A DNA stretch of 64,000 bases from sequence record PP885688.1, one strand, 5' to 3'. Positions 63,415 to 64,000 of this stretch are shown piece after piece. A program made the position numbers and the translations under genes. The notes beneath the pieces are model-generated. The model saw only the letters and a list, made by a program, of their open reading frames with translations, was not told where the DNA came from and made no database searches. The stretch's first letter is position 1; each line of letters starts with the position of its first letter.

Positions 63415-63816
63415 CTACGCTTTCTCCACGTACACCGCACCGGCAGCCTCTGCGACTAAGATATCGCGCAGTAGGTTATCCCAATGAGGAATCATCTCTT
63501 CATTGCAACCAGCAATGCAGCACGGCCCTCCCTCAGCAACCCACGAGGATCCTTCCACGCGGACTGAGCCCGACTGACCCGCACCGCACCATTGGGGCCG
63601 GGGAACTGCCTCGCGTAATAAGTATGACCAGGCAGCGTCGACAGCCTCGATCGGGCTTGGAGCCAGCGGCCCTAAGAACTTACCTTCCATATCCACGGAC
63701 TGAACAAACCACAAGAGATTTTTGTCCCACATCTTGATCACTGCGTTGCCTATGACCAAATTGATCAGCAAGAATTTGTGGCGATAGTCGCGTACTTTTT
63801 TCACATCGTTATTCAT
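63415..63816 (-). CDS. Hypothetical protein (133 aa)
   Basis: Start MNNDVK at 63816, downstream of a terminator. Confidence 0.5.
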   Translation of the reverse strand: MNNDVKKVRDYRHKFLLINLVIGNAVIKMWDKNLLWFVQSVDMEGKFLGPLAPSPIEAVDAAWSYLLREAVPRPQWCGAGQSGSVRVEGSSWVAEGGPCCIAGCNEEMIPHWDNLLRDILVAEAAGAVYVEKA

Positions 63817-63853
63817 ATTGATGACAAACTCCAGATTTATGTCGTTGCGGATG

Positions 63854-63873
63854 AAGCCCCCTTGCGGGGGCTT
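63854..63873 (-). terminator. Stem-loop after the PEP-CTERM gene
   Basis: AAGCCCCC-TTGC-GGGGGCTT. Confidence 0.6.
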
Positions 63874-63877
63874 GTGG

Positions 63878-64000
63878 TTAGTTGCTGGAGGTGAGGGTCT
63901 TGGCGCGGCGGTACGCCATGCCAGCGGCACCGAAGAGACCGGTTCCGAGCAGGACCAGTGAGCCGGGTTCAGGGGTAGGTGCGACCGGCACGCTCTGGCT
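63878..64000 (-). CDS. PEP-CTERM protein, C-terminal 40 aa (gene continues beyond the window)
   Basis: Reverse complement reads SQSVPVAPTPEPGSLVLLGTGLFGAAGMAYRRAKTLTSSN*; missed by the ORF track. Confidence 0.85.
   Translation of the reverse strand, partial: SQSVPVAPTPEPGSLVLLGTGLFGAAGMAYRRAKTLTSSN

Noticed and set aside
1-64000. Stop-codon reassignment (alternative genetic code)
   Set aside because: Recognisable enzymes are full-length in code 11, and TAA, TAG and TGA all end genes at coupled junctions. The ligA break is not bridgeable by readthrough.
1-64000. tRNA, rRNA or tmRNA genes
   Set aside because: No cloverleaf with a T-loop consensus was seen in the intergenic gaps. TTCGAATCC at about 39771 lies inside a CDS. 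A tRNAscan-SE/Infernal run would be needed to be certain.

Overview
GC-rich, gene-dense 64-kb segment of a large phage-like element, most likely a phage-plasmid. About 105 ORFs, nearly all on the minus strand and tightly coupled through ATGA/TAATG/TGATG overlaps. Plus-strand islands lie at 4.0-6.2, 42.4-43.4 and 50.8-52.6 kb. No capsid, terminase, tail or integrase gene is recognisable here, so the phage call is inferred from gene content: dNMP kinase, SNF2 helicase, NAD-dependent ligase, Rnl5-type RNA ligase, Mre11/SbcD-like nuclease, DUF1643, HAD and NadR-like kinase. The PEP-CTERM style suggests an Acidobacteria-like host, which is an inference. Main observations: (1) two distinct fixed-spacing bipartite promoter-like motifs read directly from the sequence, class I RATAWTCAGG-N16-GGGTATTA in 16 copies and class II AAAGTCATCTTTG-N13-YGTAGGTTG in 8 copies, several placed 5-6 nt before a start codon (leaderless). 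(2) An NAD-dependent DNA ligase split into two genes 3.2 kb apart with no intein. (3) An SF2 helicase operon with two paralogous proteins built of a helicase-associated-like motif plus about 55-aa repeats. (4) A complete iteron-type plasmid replicon (repA, 5 iterons, parA, RHH partner) that lacks both phage motifs and uses host-type leaderless promoters. (5) Two PEP-CTERM proteins among about 10 exported proteins. (6) RlmN/Cfr-like, BCS1-like, KhpA, RMF-like and PTH2-like host-function genes. All family calls come from motif recognition by eye, not from database searches.
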